Positions 1 through 9,800 of a stretch of DNA of 64,000 bases are shown piece by piece. How positions within the stretch are numbered: position 1 is the stretch's first letter; every line of letters begins with the position of its first letter. The DNA lies in the IMG/VR virus record IMGVR_UViG_3300025418_000694, positions 1 to 64,000 of that record; one strand, written 5' to 3'. This stretch comes from a virus. The translations under genes were made by a program, and so were the position numbers. Below the pieces are notes generated by a model. The model was given only the letters and a program-made list of their open reading frames with translations, had not been told where the DNA came from and made no database searches.

Positions 1-1091
1 CCCGCAAAGGAAGGGCTAGAGCCATTGTAATTTACTGTTTTACCAGCACCGCCATTACCAGTTGAACTGCCTGCAGTACCAGCACTAAAAGCACCACCAC
101 CACCGCCACCTCTACTCTGTACTCCACGAGCACCATCATTACCTTGTCCTGATGTACCTAAACCAGCAGAATTGCCTGGATTGCTACTACCACCGCCTGA
201 ACCACCATTGCCACCATTATCACTTACATAAGGACTTCCACCTCTACCACCATATATTGCTGTTAATCCAAACAAGGTTGAACTGCCACCTTGACCATTA
301 TTACCACCAGCGCCGCCAATTGTGATGTTGTATTGGATTCCAGGGGTAACAGATGTTGAAGAGTTAAGTAACCCACCCGCACCACCACCGCCACCTGTTG
401 CTCTAGATACACCATCAGTTTGTCCTCCACCGCCACCGCCAGCAACGAGAAGGTAATTAACTGTTGTAGGACCACTGTAAAATGAACTTGTAACAGAGTT
501 ACTTGACCCAGATGCGGCAGAGGTTCCATTAGCATTAATGGCTTGAACCGTGTAGGTGTAAGTTCCAGCAACAGTTTCATTAACTGTAATTGGGCTTGAA
601 GACCCTGTTGCAGTAACACCAGAAGAAGAAATTACTAAATAAGATGTAATAGACTTGCCACCTGTAGCACCCGCTGTAAATGGGACTGAAACTACTCCCG
701 ATGTTCCACCAGAGGCTGTACCAATAGTTGGCGCCTGTGGAACTGTAGTAGCAGTAATAGCACCAGTTGCTGTAGTAGCAGGAGAATTGCCCGAAGTGTT
801 TGTTGCTTGTGCGGTAAAAGTATAAGAGGTAGCAGATTGAAGACCAGTTACTGTTACTGGAGAAGTACCAGAGGCTGTAAATGAGCCAGGACTAGATGTT
901 ACTGTGTAACCCGTTGTTGGGCCGCCTGTTACTGCTGGGGCAGAAATTGTCACTGTAGCAGCGCCATTATTATAGGCCCTTGAAGTTCCTACATCTGTAG
1001 CAGTACCAATAGTAGGAGTATCAGGAATATCAAAGATTACCCGTGAAGGGTCACTAATAGAAGCACCACGTAGGTACTTGTAATTGGCCAT
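1..1091 (-). CDS. Fibronectin-III plus glycine-rich virion/adhesin protein (3' end runs off the window)
   Basis: Not in the ORF track. ATG at 1091 with upstream AAAGGA. Reads MANYKYLRG...PDTPTIGTATD...VTGLQSATSYTFTAQATN (FN3-like) then YLLVAGGGGGG...GGGGGAGG, open to position 1. Confidence 0.85.
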   Translation of the reverse strand, partial: MANYKYLRGASISDPSRVIFDIPDTPTIGTATDVGTSRAYNNGAATVTISAPAVTGGPTTGYTVTSSPGSFTASGTSPVTVTGLQSATSYTFTAQATNTSGNSPATTATGAITATTVPQAPTIGTASGGTSGVVSVPFTAGATGGKSITSYLVISSSGVTATGSSSPITVNETVAGTYTYTVQAINANGTSAASGSSNSVTSSFYSGPTTVNYLLVAGGGGGGQTDGVSRATGGGGGAGGLLNSSTSVTPGIQYNITIGGAGGNNGQGGSSTLFGLTAIYGGRGGSPYVSDNGGNGGSGGGSSNPGNSAGLGTSGQGNDGARGVQSRGGGGGGAFSAGTAGSSTGNGGAGKTVNYNGSSPSFA

Positions 1092-1151
1092 TAGTTATCC
1101 TTTCTTAATAAGGAAATCTTTAGATGTATTGCTGACTAACTCTCAGTCAAG

Positions 1152-1289
1152 TTAGCCCTGTGGTTGAGCCTGAGCCGCTTGTTGCTCGTCATAAGCACTC
1201 TTCAAACCTGACCAACCCGAACCGTCTTCATATTCAATTGTAACAATTTCAATACCTTCAAAAGTTGTTGAATTAGTTATTTTTGGCAT
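1152..1289 (-). CDS. 45-aa protein, putative tail-fibre assembly chaperone
   Basis: Own translation MPKITNSTTFEGIEIVTIEYEDGSGWSGLKSAYDEQQAAQAQPQG; TAATG coupling to the upstream fibre gene. Confidence 0.65.
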   Translation of the reverse strand: MPKITNSTTFEGIEIVTIEYEDGSGWSGLKSAYDEQQAAQAQPQG

Positions 1290-2326
1290 TACAACTCACA
1301 TCCTGTAAATAAAAGTGACGCAGCGGCGTTAACTGATGAAAATTGAACTGGCAAATTGGCTGAAATAGTTGGAGAACCAGCCGATATATCCACACCAATC
1401 GTACAACTGTTTACACCAGCAAAAACAAAACTTATAGCGGTTGGAGTGCCGCTTCCAAATGTTGGATTTGATAAACCAAAATGAGAAAGACTTGAATAAG
1501 TTGTGCCTGTTGGAGCAACTCTTGGAGTAACTGAAAAACCTATGTTTATTCTTGTATTTGCCGTGTTTGCTGACACACCTAACACTTGATTGCTAGTACC
1601 ATTCCACGCTGGCAAGTACCTCTGACACAAGGCTAACTCTCCTTGGAGTGTGCCTGATGCGGTGGTAAATGGTGTGGCGACTGAACCTGCTTCTAACTGC
1701 CAACCCCAAGTGCTAAAAGTAAATGTTGTATTGACTGGCATCCAAATACGCAAACCTACCCAATCGCCTGTACCGTTAGGTGATAAGCCTGAATAAGTTG
1801 GCATAGTAAAGGTATAAGAATACTTAGCCCATGAGGTTCCAACTGAAACTGATGAAGCAATTACACCGAAAAAGTAGTTGTTGCCAGCAATGTCATATTC
1901 CATATCAACTTGTGGCAAAGTCAAAGATGATGCTGCCTTAGCCCAAAATGAAAATGTAACCGTTTGTCCTGCAAGAATTGCGCCTTCGATTCTTTGCTCT
2001 ATAAGATTATAACTACCGCCTGAACCTGCAACCGATTGAGCAATTTGCATATAACGGTTGTAGCCACCGCTTATGGCGTTGGTTGGGTTACCAGCAGTGT
2101 TTGGTGTGAATGTTTGTTGAGTAACTGTTCTGGTTGCACCTGTTCCATCGTATCCATGTAGAAAACGGTCAGCACTATACTGGTTATTTGAAGTAATTGA
2201 AATAGATGTACCGCGCTGCCAGATACTAAAGTCACCGTTAATGATTTTGTTCTTACCAGCAAGAAACGGGCTGGCCGCACCTGCTGAGTTTTGTTCTACT
2301 GTTGAAGTTAATTGTGCGCGACTCAT
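1289..2326 (-). CDS. Tail fibre / carbohydrate-binding-module virion protein
   Basis: KNKIINGDFSIWQRGTS, QLEAGSVATPF...ELALCQRY motifs typical of phage fibre modules. Confidence 0.8.
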   Translation of the reverse strand: MSRAQLTSTVEQNSAGAASPFLAGKNKIINGDFSIWQRGTSISITSNNQYSADRFLHGYDGTGATRTVTQQTFTPNTAGNPTNAISGGYNRYMQIAQSVAGSGGSYNLIEQRIEGAILAGQTVTFSFWAKAASSLTLPQVDMEYDIAGNNYFFGVIASSVSVGTSWAKYSYTFTMPTYSGLSPNGTGDWVGLRIWMPVNTTFTFSTWGWQLEAGSVATPFTTASGTLQGELALCQRYLPAWNGTSNQVLGVSANTANTRINIGFSVTPRVAPTGTTYSSLSHFGLSNPTFGSGTPTAISFVFAGVNSCTIGVDISAGSPTISANLPVQFSSVNAAASLLFTGCEL

Positions 2327-2478
2327 TAGTTACCTGCCTGTGGTGTAGAAGAGTTGGATACAAGTGTGTCGTAAATAGCCTTTGGCATAGAAGTAAACTC
2401 GCCATTGCCTCGGTCTATAATAATATGTTGTGTTACAACACCCATATATTCAGTTTCAATAATGTTTATGTTATCCAT
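2326..2478 (-). CDS. 50-aa protein, putative tail-fibre assembly chaperone
   Basis: Own translation MDNINIIETEYMGVVTQHIIIDRGNGEFTSMPKAIYDTLVSNSSTPQAGN; TAATG coupling at both ends. Confidence 0.65.
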   Translation of the reverse strand: MDNINIIETEYMGVVTQHIIIDRGNGEFTSMPKAIYDTLVSNSSTPQAGN

Positions 2479-3899
2479 TAAAGTTCTGCTCCTAATCCTA
2501 AATATCCAGACAAACTGCCATTTGCTCCCATTGAATAAAATCTTTGAGAGGTTAAACCAGATGCAACTGTTGCAGCCAATACAGGTAAATCGGCAGAATA
2601 AAACGAAGTATTTATTGTGAGTGCGGTGATGGCATATCCTGCTGATTCGTCTGACAATCTCAAAGTTGAGTAGTCAATTGTGGTTGGATAAGTTCGCATA
2701 GTTGTAGGGCATTTGACTTGTATTTGAGCCGAAGTTGCCGAACCACTCTGACCAGCACCAAAGTTTGTGTATAGAGCCAAAGCAGTTTCTCTAAAGTAAT
2801 ACCTCTGACAAGCGGCTAACTCCCCCTGAAGTGTGCCACCGCTTCTGCGGAAGGCAGGAGCAGTTGCAGCGGTGTAAGTTCCAAGGTCAATCTGTACGCC
2901 TGTTATTTGATAATAGTCATTAGTGCCAGCAGTACCCGTTGGGGTAAATCCAAAAGTAGGAGCCATCTCGGTAGCGTTTGATGGAATAGTTCCTGTAAAA
3001 ACAAAACGCTGCCAAGTAGTTGTAAGTGTTGCCGTTCCGCTTATAGGGTTGCTTCCACCCGTATAACCTGCCCAAGAATTTTGGTCGGTTCCTGTGCCAG
3101 TAGAAATATAAGCAGACAAAGCGTTTGAAACGGCCGAGTAATTAGAACCAGAGCGAGCATAGAAACTAAAAGTTACGGCTTTTCCAGCAAAAGGAATTGC
3201 ATTAGCGGTTTCAACATTTTGCACCAAATAAAGCGCACTAGTTCCAGTTTGACCAGAGTTGCGTTGAAAACTCAAGCAATACTGAATATTTGGAAGGTTG
3301 GTTGTGTCACCTGTTGCCTGACGAGATATGGTTGTAGCCTGATTTGCATTTGTTTGAGTCTGCCAACGGTCTGCCGTAAATCCTGATGTGTAAGCGGTTG
3401 AAGCGGCAAGGCTGAAGTTTGTGCTTCTTTGCCAGATGTCAAACCCGCCGTTGATAACTGGATTAACAAGGCTGGCTACTGGGGTTGCCCAAGATACGCC
3501 CGTAGAGGCGGAAGAGTTTGCCACGAGTGTTGTACCGTCAGCTCCGACTGGGAGGTTAGTGACTGACGAAGGGTTATTAGCAACAATTAAATCACCTTTA
3601 GAGCTTACTACAGAAGAGGCAATTGCTGTAGGTATGGCAAATGAAGAAAATGTAACAATCTCTATTACATCTCCCGCAACTAGTGCATTAACAAGTACTA
3701 CAGATGTGCCGTTAGAGGCTGTGTAGTCTGCAGTTCTAACAAGGAGAACTCCGTTAACATAGACTTCTTCTTTACCTACTAGATATGAAATTGTTGCGCC
3801 ATTTGAATCTGTGCCAGATATAGTTGTTTCTCCACCTGTAGCGTTATACGTGTATCTGTTTACGGTTCCAGCGCCACCGTTTACACTTGAGATGGTCAT
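2478..3899 (-). CDS. Tail fibre / CBM-like virion protein
   Basis: Likely start MTISSVNGG at 3899; VYVNGVLL..DYTASNGT, INGGFDIWQR, ELAACQRY motifs; paralogous to 1289..2326. Confidence 0.8.
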   Translation of the reverse strand: MTISSVNGGAGTVNRYTYNATGGETTISGTDSNGATISYLVGKEEVYVNGVLLVRTADYTASNGTSVVLVNALVAGDVIEIVTFSSFAIPTAIASSVVSSKGDLIVANNPSSVTNLPVGADGTTLVANSSASTGVSWATPVASLVNPVINGGFDIWQRSTNFSLAASTAYTSGFTADRWQTQTNANQATTISRQATGDTTNLPNIQYCLSFQRNSGQTGTSALYLVQNVETANAIPFAGKAVTFSFYARSGSNYSAVSNALSAYISTGTGTDQNSWAGYTGGSNPISGTATLTTTWQRFVFTGTIPSNATEMAPTFGFTPTGTAGTNDYYQITGVQIDLGTYTAATAPAFRRSGGTLQGELAACQRYYFRETALALYTNFGAGQSGSATSAQIQVKCPTTMRTYPTTIDYSTLRLSDESAGYAITALTINTSFYSADLPVLAATVASGLTSQRFYSMGANGSLSGYLGLGAEL

Positions 3900-3900
3900 G

Positions 3901-4233
3901 CTATGAAATCTCCGAACCAAAGGCGTTAAATGACAAGTTAGCTGAAGAGGCATAGACGCGAATAGTTGCGCCGTTTTCAAGAGTAAGTCCAAGAGTAAGG
4001 GCGGTTGTATCTGAAGCCGCTACTGTGGCTCCATAGACAATCCAGTTCTTAGCAACTGAAGATGATGTTCCACTTGGCCATACAGCGATGCGGTATGTGG
4101 CAGCAGAGGCTGTTTGATTGCAAATGGTGATAGTTGAGACCACAGCCGCAGCAGTGCCGCTAGGGGTGTATAGAGTTGTCTCTGTTGTTGCTGCTGGGTT
4201 AGATTGACCCAACACCTTGTATGCAGTAGCTAT
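3901..4233 (-). CDS. Small virion structural protein (MATAYKVLGQ type), probable ATA start
   Basis: ATA-GCT-ACT-GCA-TAC-AAG-GTG-TTG-GGT-CAA; AAGGAGA 7 nt upstream of ATA; in-frame TAA at 4246-4248. Confidence 0.75.
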   Translation of the reverse strand: MATAYKVLGQSNPAATTETTLYTPSGTAAAVVSTITICNQTASAATYRIAVWPSGTSSSVAKNWIVYGATVAASDTTALTLGLTLENGATIRVYASSANLSFNAFGSEIS

Positions 4234-4322
4234 TTTGGGTTCTCCTTAAATACGCGTGGTTTAATTATCGCTATAAGGGGGGCGTTTGTAAGGGTAAAAC
4301 CCCTCTGTGATAAACTCTCTCA

Positions 4323-5321
4323 GTGAACCTAGTTGAGCGCGCCGTCTCCAATGGTGGAAAATTAGCGCCCCTAGCAATACCTCAAGGGCTCACCTCAGGA
4401 ACAGGGTTAATGAACCCCTCTGTCTTTATAGATGATGATGGGGACATATTAGTTAATCTGCGCCATGTAAATTACACGCTATATCACTCTGAAAATCAGC
4501 AGAAATTTCCAAGTCGTTGGGGTCCACTTTCTTATCTACATCCAGAGAAAGACCAGCGCTTAATTACTGAAAATTATCTATGCCGTCTTAATACAGATTT
4601 AGAGATTACCGACTATGCAAGAGTAGAGATGCTTGACCTTCACACACCTATATGGGAGTTTGTAGGTCTAGAAGATGCTCGTCTTGTTCAATGGGAAGGT
4701 CAGTATTATCTAATTGGTGTTAGGCGCGATACCACTACAAATGGTGTTGGGCGCATGGAGTACACACGCATTGAAATTAATAAAGATGAGTGGTCTATTA
4801 AAGAAACTAATCGTGTACGCATACCTGCGCCAAATGATAACTCTTCATATTGTGAGAAGAACTGGTACCCAGTATTAGATATGCCATACCATTTTATTAA
4901 GTGGACTATGCCTACAGAGTTAGTTAAGGCAGACCCTAATGAGCCAAAAATAGAACAGATATTTGTTAAAGAAACTCCACCAGCTCCAGCAGACCAACGC
5001 GGTGGCTCTCAAGTAGTTAGATGGGGCAGTATGTATATTGCCATCACTCACGAGGTTAATCTATTTAAGAACTACCTTCAACAGAAAGATGGCATATACC
5101 GTCACCGACTTGTATTGTGGGATGAGCAATTTAACTTTGTAGGTCTATCCAAGGAGTTTGCATTTCTAGATGGGCGCATTGAATTTGCGGTAGGTGCTGC
5201 TGTGTTTGAAGGTGACTTGCTTATCTCTTGGGGGTTTCAAGATAACGCAGCCTTTGTTCTACGTACCCCAAAGATAGTGGTAGAAGAGTTAATTAAAGAG
5301 GCGCTTGCATATGAAAATTAA
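4323..5321 (+). CDS. Five-bladed beta-propeller glycosidase-like protein (GH130/GH43-like)
   Basis: NPSV, GLEDARL, EKNW and RGGSQ motifs. Confidence 0.7.
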   Translation: MNLVERAVSNGGKLAPLAIPQGLTSGTGLMNPSVFIDDDGDILVNLRHVNYTLYHSENQQKFPSRWGPLSYLHPEKDQRLITENYLCRLNTDLEITDYARVEMLDLHTPIWEFVGLEDARLVQWEGQYYLIGVRRDTTTNGVGRMEYTRIEINKDEWSIKETNRVRIPAPNDNSSYCEKNWYPVLDMPYHFIKWTMPTELVKADPNEPKIEQIFVKETPPAPADQRGGSQVVRWGSMYIAITHEVNLFKNYLQQKDGIYRHRLVLWDEQFNFVGLSKEFAFLDGRIEFAVGAAVFEGDLLISWGFQDNAAFVLRTPKIVVEELIKEALAYEN

Positions 5322-5877
5322 TGAGATTATTGAGCGCCTATCTAAAGACCCATTTAATCCAGAGCTTAACTTTGAGGCAGCTTTAGAGTATGAGAGCACT
5401 GGTCAGTCTGCTTCCGCAGTTTCTTTCTATTTAAGGGCTGCTGAGTATGGTTACGATACCCATCAAACTATTGCTTATACCTCGCTACTTAAAGTGGCTA
5501 ACTGCTTTGAAAACCAAAACGACAGAAAGCACACAGTAAGTAACTGCATACTTCAAGCTATTGCCTACCTACCAGAACGCCAAGAGGGTTACTTTCTATT
5601 ATCTAGATTTCACGAGCGCAACGGTGATTGGCAGGAGTGCTATACCTTTGCTCAGGTAGGATTATCAAAGAGGGCCTCTATACCCGCACATTTGCCAGCG
5701 GATGTTCAGTACCCAGGTAGATTTGGACTTTTATATGAAAAAGCAATTAGTGGTTGGTGGTTAGGCCGCGCTAAAGAGTCTGAGGACTTATTTAAAGACC
5801 TACTATGCCAAGTAATATCTGACGAGTACAGATTATCTATTGAAGACAACTTAAGGAGAATAGGTGCTCCTATTTGA
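5311..5877 (+). CDS. TPR-repeat protein
   Basis: Helical TPR pattern (SAVSFYLRAAE, AIAYLPERQEGYFLLS). Confidence 0.75.
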   Translation: MKINEIIERLSKDPFNPELNFEAALEYESTGQSASAVSFYLRAAEYGYDTHQTIAYTSLLKVANCFENQNDRKHTVSNCILQAIAYLPERQEGYFLLSRFHERNGDWQECYTFAQVGLSKRASIPAHLPADVQYPGRFGLLYEKAISGWWLGRAKESEDLFKDLLCQVISDEYRLSIEDNLRRIGAPI

Positions 5878-6535
5878 TATTGGTGCTAATCGTGGCGATG
5901 CAACATTAATTGGTTTACAAAAGGGATATAAAGTAATTGCTCTTGAACCAGCGCCTAAAATCTATAAAGAGCTTGTATCTAACTTTATATATAATCCAAA
6001 TGTAGTCCCACTTAAGCTAGCAGTCTCCAACACAAACAATGAGCGTGTTGAGTTTTATGAGGCTGATGAAGATGGGTTATCTACCCTTAATAAAGAGTGG
6101 TTGACCTCAGAGGCCATGCCTTACGCTAATAAGCCCTTTAGAACCGTTACTGCCACCACTATCACCCTTGACAGACTTGTGGGGCTCTACGGGCAACCTG
6201 AGCTCATTAAGATAGATGTAGAGGGTGCTGAATGGAATGTGTTTAAGGGTATGACCAAGAAGTATGGAACTATAGCCTTTGAATGGACTGAGGTGACTTT
6301 AGATGAGCATGCCAAGCAGTTAGAGTATTTGCAAAACTTCGGCTATGAAGAGTTCTCTATTAGGTTTATAGAAGAGCACTTAAAGGAACCTGCGTCAGAT
6401 GATTGGCTTCCATTAGACTTTGCCCACATACTTAAAGACCACGTAGATGCCCGTAAAGATAAATGGGAATCAGGTGGGTGGCAAGAGGCAAATCTAAGGC
6501 CTACAGGTGATGTAGGAATGCTTTGGGTTAGATAA
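5864..6535 (+). CDS. FkbM-family SAM-dependent methyltransferase
   Basis: FDIGANRG, ALEP and IKIDVEGAE motifs. Confidence 0.9.
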   Translation: MLLFDIGANRGDATLIGLQKGYKVIALEPAPKIYKELVSNFIYNPNVVPLKLAVSNTNNERVEFYEADEDGLSTLNKEWLTSEAMPYANKPFRTVTATTITLDRLVGLYGQPELIKIDVEGAEWNVFKGMTKKYGTIAFEWTEVTLDEHAKQLEYLQNFGYEEFSIRFIEEHLKEPASDDWLPLDFAHILKDHVDARKDKWESGGWQEANLRPTGDVGMLWVR

Positions 6536-6826
6536 TTACATTCCGCCTAATAGAAAGCCAGTAGTGGTTGAGTCCACAGCAGCTGTACCAGAACCTGTTG
6601 CGCTTGCATAAGCAAGACTGTTCCAACTAGTAACTCCGTCACCAAACTTAAAGAAACGAGTATCTGTTTCAATACCAATTTGGCCAGCAGCTAGGACTGG
6701 GTTTCCCAAAGTCCATAAAACAGCAGGGTTTCTCTGCTGTTGCATAGTCGCATTAAGCGTTCCTAGTACGTTAAGTGACGATACTTCTAGCGGCTCCGTA
6801 TAGTTAAAGGTGTCTCTGTTTAGCAT
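6536..6826 (-). CDS. Mtd-N / hyaluronidase-N-like small fibre protein
   Basis: NPVLAAGQIGIETDTRFFKFGDGVTSWNSLAY motif. Confidence 0.75.
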   Translation of the reverse strand: MLNRDTFNYTEPLEVSSLNVLGTLNATMQQQRNPAVLWTLGNPVLAAGQIGIETDTRFFKFGDGVTSWNSLAYASATGSGTAAVDSTTTGFLLGGM

Positions 6827-6838
6827 GACCCTCCTTAA

Positions 6839-9800
6839 TTATGCTTGAGCTTCAGTCCAGGAAATACGTCCAAGTACAGATGCTGTACTTGTGCTTACGT
6901 TGGTTACAACGATTGTAAGAGTATCTGGTCCATCTGGATAAACACCTGTATTTGATACAGCGGTACCTCCGCCAAGTACGGCGTTACCCAAGTCGCGAAC
7001 CTGAGAGATATCTGAAGTACCTGTTGAAGATACAAAGAACCCACCTGTTACTTCACCGCCCTGTACTGAGTAGCTGTTACCAGCGTAGTCAGCAATCTGA
7101 GCAAGGGATGAGTTAGGGGTGTTAGCAGCGTTTCTTACAGAGTTTGTCCAAGAAGTTGAACCTGGCGCCAAGAATACAAGCGGTACAGAAGATAGCGTTA
7201 GAGAGTTGCTTACAGTAATAGATGATTGAGAAGCAACTGCAGTTACTGTAGTACCTGCTGTAACACCAGCTCCTTGAACCGACATACCAACAGCCACAGT
7301 TCCAGTGTTACCTGTAAGGGTTACTGTTGTAGAAGCAGAAGCCGAACCTGTTGCAGTAGCGTTGTTTCCTACATAGTTGTAAGGTGTACCGTTCAAGTAA
7401 GCCTGTACTAGCACGTTACCTGTAGTTGTATTCAATAGTGAGATATCAAGGGCTTTAGTCTGAAGCTGCATCTTGTTTAGAAGTTCACGCAAACCAAAGG
7501 CTGCTGAGAAACCGTTATCTACAGAAGGGGCGATACGAATTGAGAATAGCGCCTTAGATGTAGCACCGCTAAATGAGTAGTTACCAGTAAGAGTAGCCGT
7601 TGTAGCTTGAGACAAGGTTACAGTCGTTCCAGATATTGCTACTACATAAGTTCCGTTTGGAATACCTGTTCCTGTTACTTGTTGTCCAGGAACAATACCT
7701 GTTGCAGCACCAGCAGTTGCTACTACAGAACCAGTTGTTGCCTGTACTAGAGTAGTTGATACCGCTGTGGTTCCACCAAGTGATGTAGGTGTTGTCTGAC
7801 CATACGTAAACAAAAGGGACTTGTCATCATCAAAACGGCCATCCATGATGACCGAAGTTCCCCAGTGTGAGATAGATGGGCCAAATGTTGGGAAGGCCTG
7901 CTCTACTGCAGTTGGGTTAGTTGATGAGTATGTAAACGCTTGACCAGCAGTAACCGCAGTACCTGAAGTTGTTCCTAGGGTACCTGTTGTATAACCCATT
8001 GCTGGGAACCAGATTGTTGGGTTAGCCACTGTTGGTGAGCTTGAAAGTATAAGTGTTGTTGTTCCAGAGATGAACTCAATCTTTGTTCCATCTGCAAGAT
8101 ATGGGCTAATTGCGCGCATACCAACTTGTAAACCTGCTGTAGAGCCTACAGTGGCTACGTTAGAACCTACAGCCATTGTGGTTGTAACAGCAGAGGCACC
8201 AGCTTGACCACGAGTAACACCCGTAAGAGTGTTAGAGGTAAGACCTGTGTAGTTAATGTACTCCCATGTATTAGATGAACCAGTTCCACGAATAACTGCG
8301 GTTCCTGGATATGACTGGAATGTAATTGTTGCAGAAACGGCTCCACCATTGTTTACAGATAGTGTAACTGTAAGTGTAGATGCGTTAACCGCTGTTACTA
8401 CTGCTCCTGCACCAAGGTTAGTACCTGTTGCAAACATTCCTGAAACAATTCCAGTTGTTGAAGTTACTACAAGAGTGTTTGCTCCGCTTGAACCTGTTGC
8501 GCTTGTGCTAACAGATGTTGGTGCGTAGAAACCAGTTGTATTGGCTACGTTAATAGTTGTATCAGATGCGCCTACAGAGGCTGTTAACTGAGTTGATGCT
8601 GGCTGTGTAACAGATTCATAGCGGCCAGATAGGTTACCTGAGCGCATATATGCTGTAGCGTTCTGGTTATTGTTAGCTTGCTTGTGGACATATACAATGT
8701 TTCCCTTAGGTCCACGGAAGCCCCAACGAACTGCTCCAGCGCCATACCATGAGTAATCCATGTAGAACATCTGCATCTTTGTAAGGTCAATGTTGTAACC
8801 AGAAGGGCCTGTTCCATCGACTCGGTCAATGTTCCAAGCAGATTGTGGGATTTTTGTATCGATTGTCTTTGAGACAATTACGTTAGTAGCTGTTGTTCCA
8901 CGGTATGAAGGTTGAATAGTAAGCGAGGTATCGCTTGCAATATCGATAACGCGGTAAGACTGACCACGAAGAACAATATAATCTCCAGGTACCAACTGCT
9001 TGCTAAATGTTGTTGGATAGTTAGTTGTTGTCTGAGAGACTGTAGATGAACCGTTTGTTACCGTTACACGGCCTGCTGTTTGGAAGATAGATGAACGGCG
9101 AACCGCATAAAGGGTAGTTCCGTCATATTCAAAGAAAACACCGTTTTGTTGGTCAAATAGACCAAGGCGGTTTGATGCACCATTCCAGTTAGATACTGAG
9201 GCATAGTAGTTACCTGATGCTGTAGTTACTGTTGGTGCGGTTGTTGGCACATAAGTAAAGGAGGTAAGACCTGTTACAGAGGCTACTGGGAATGTTCCGT
9301 TATAACCGTTTTCATTAGCGCCATAAATAGCAATTGAGTAGCCTGGCTGTAGGCCATGAGGCTCTTTAGTCTGAACTGTTACATATGGGCTTGAGTACGA
9401 GATTGAGTCAATTCCATAGGTAGGCTTAAGAATTGTTCCAGAAGAAATTTGAATACCCTTACCAGATTGATAACGGAAATAACGGCGTGTCTGACGCACT
9501 TGAGCAGTGTTATTTGAGGTGCCGTTAGTTGAGAAGAACACTCCACCATCAAATGCACGGTGCTTAACCTGAGCCTGTGAGCGCACAAAGATAGACGCGT
9601 TAAAGGTAATAGAAGTTGTTGTAAGAGCGGTAGTAACAGCCTGGCTTAGACCAATAGCTGTTCCCTGTACATAGGTAACAAATGTTCCTGCTGCAATACC
9701 AGCTGCTGTTACTGTCATACCAGGAACAATGCTGGTAGCAGAGGCTACTGTAACAAAGGTACTTCCAACCGCGCCTGTAGCAGTAGTTGCTGTAGGGCTT

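Noticed and set aside
1289-3899. Diversity-generating retroelement (TR/VR) in the fibre genes
   Set aside because: Similarity is short and protein-level, not adenine-specific; no reverse transcriptase in the window
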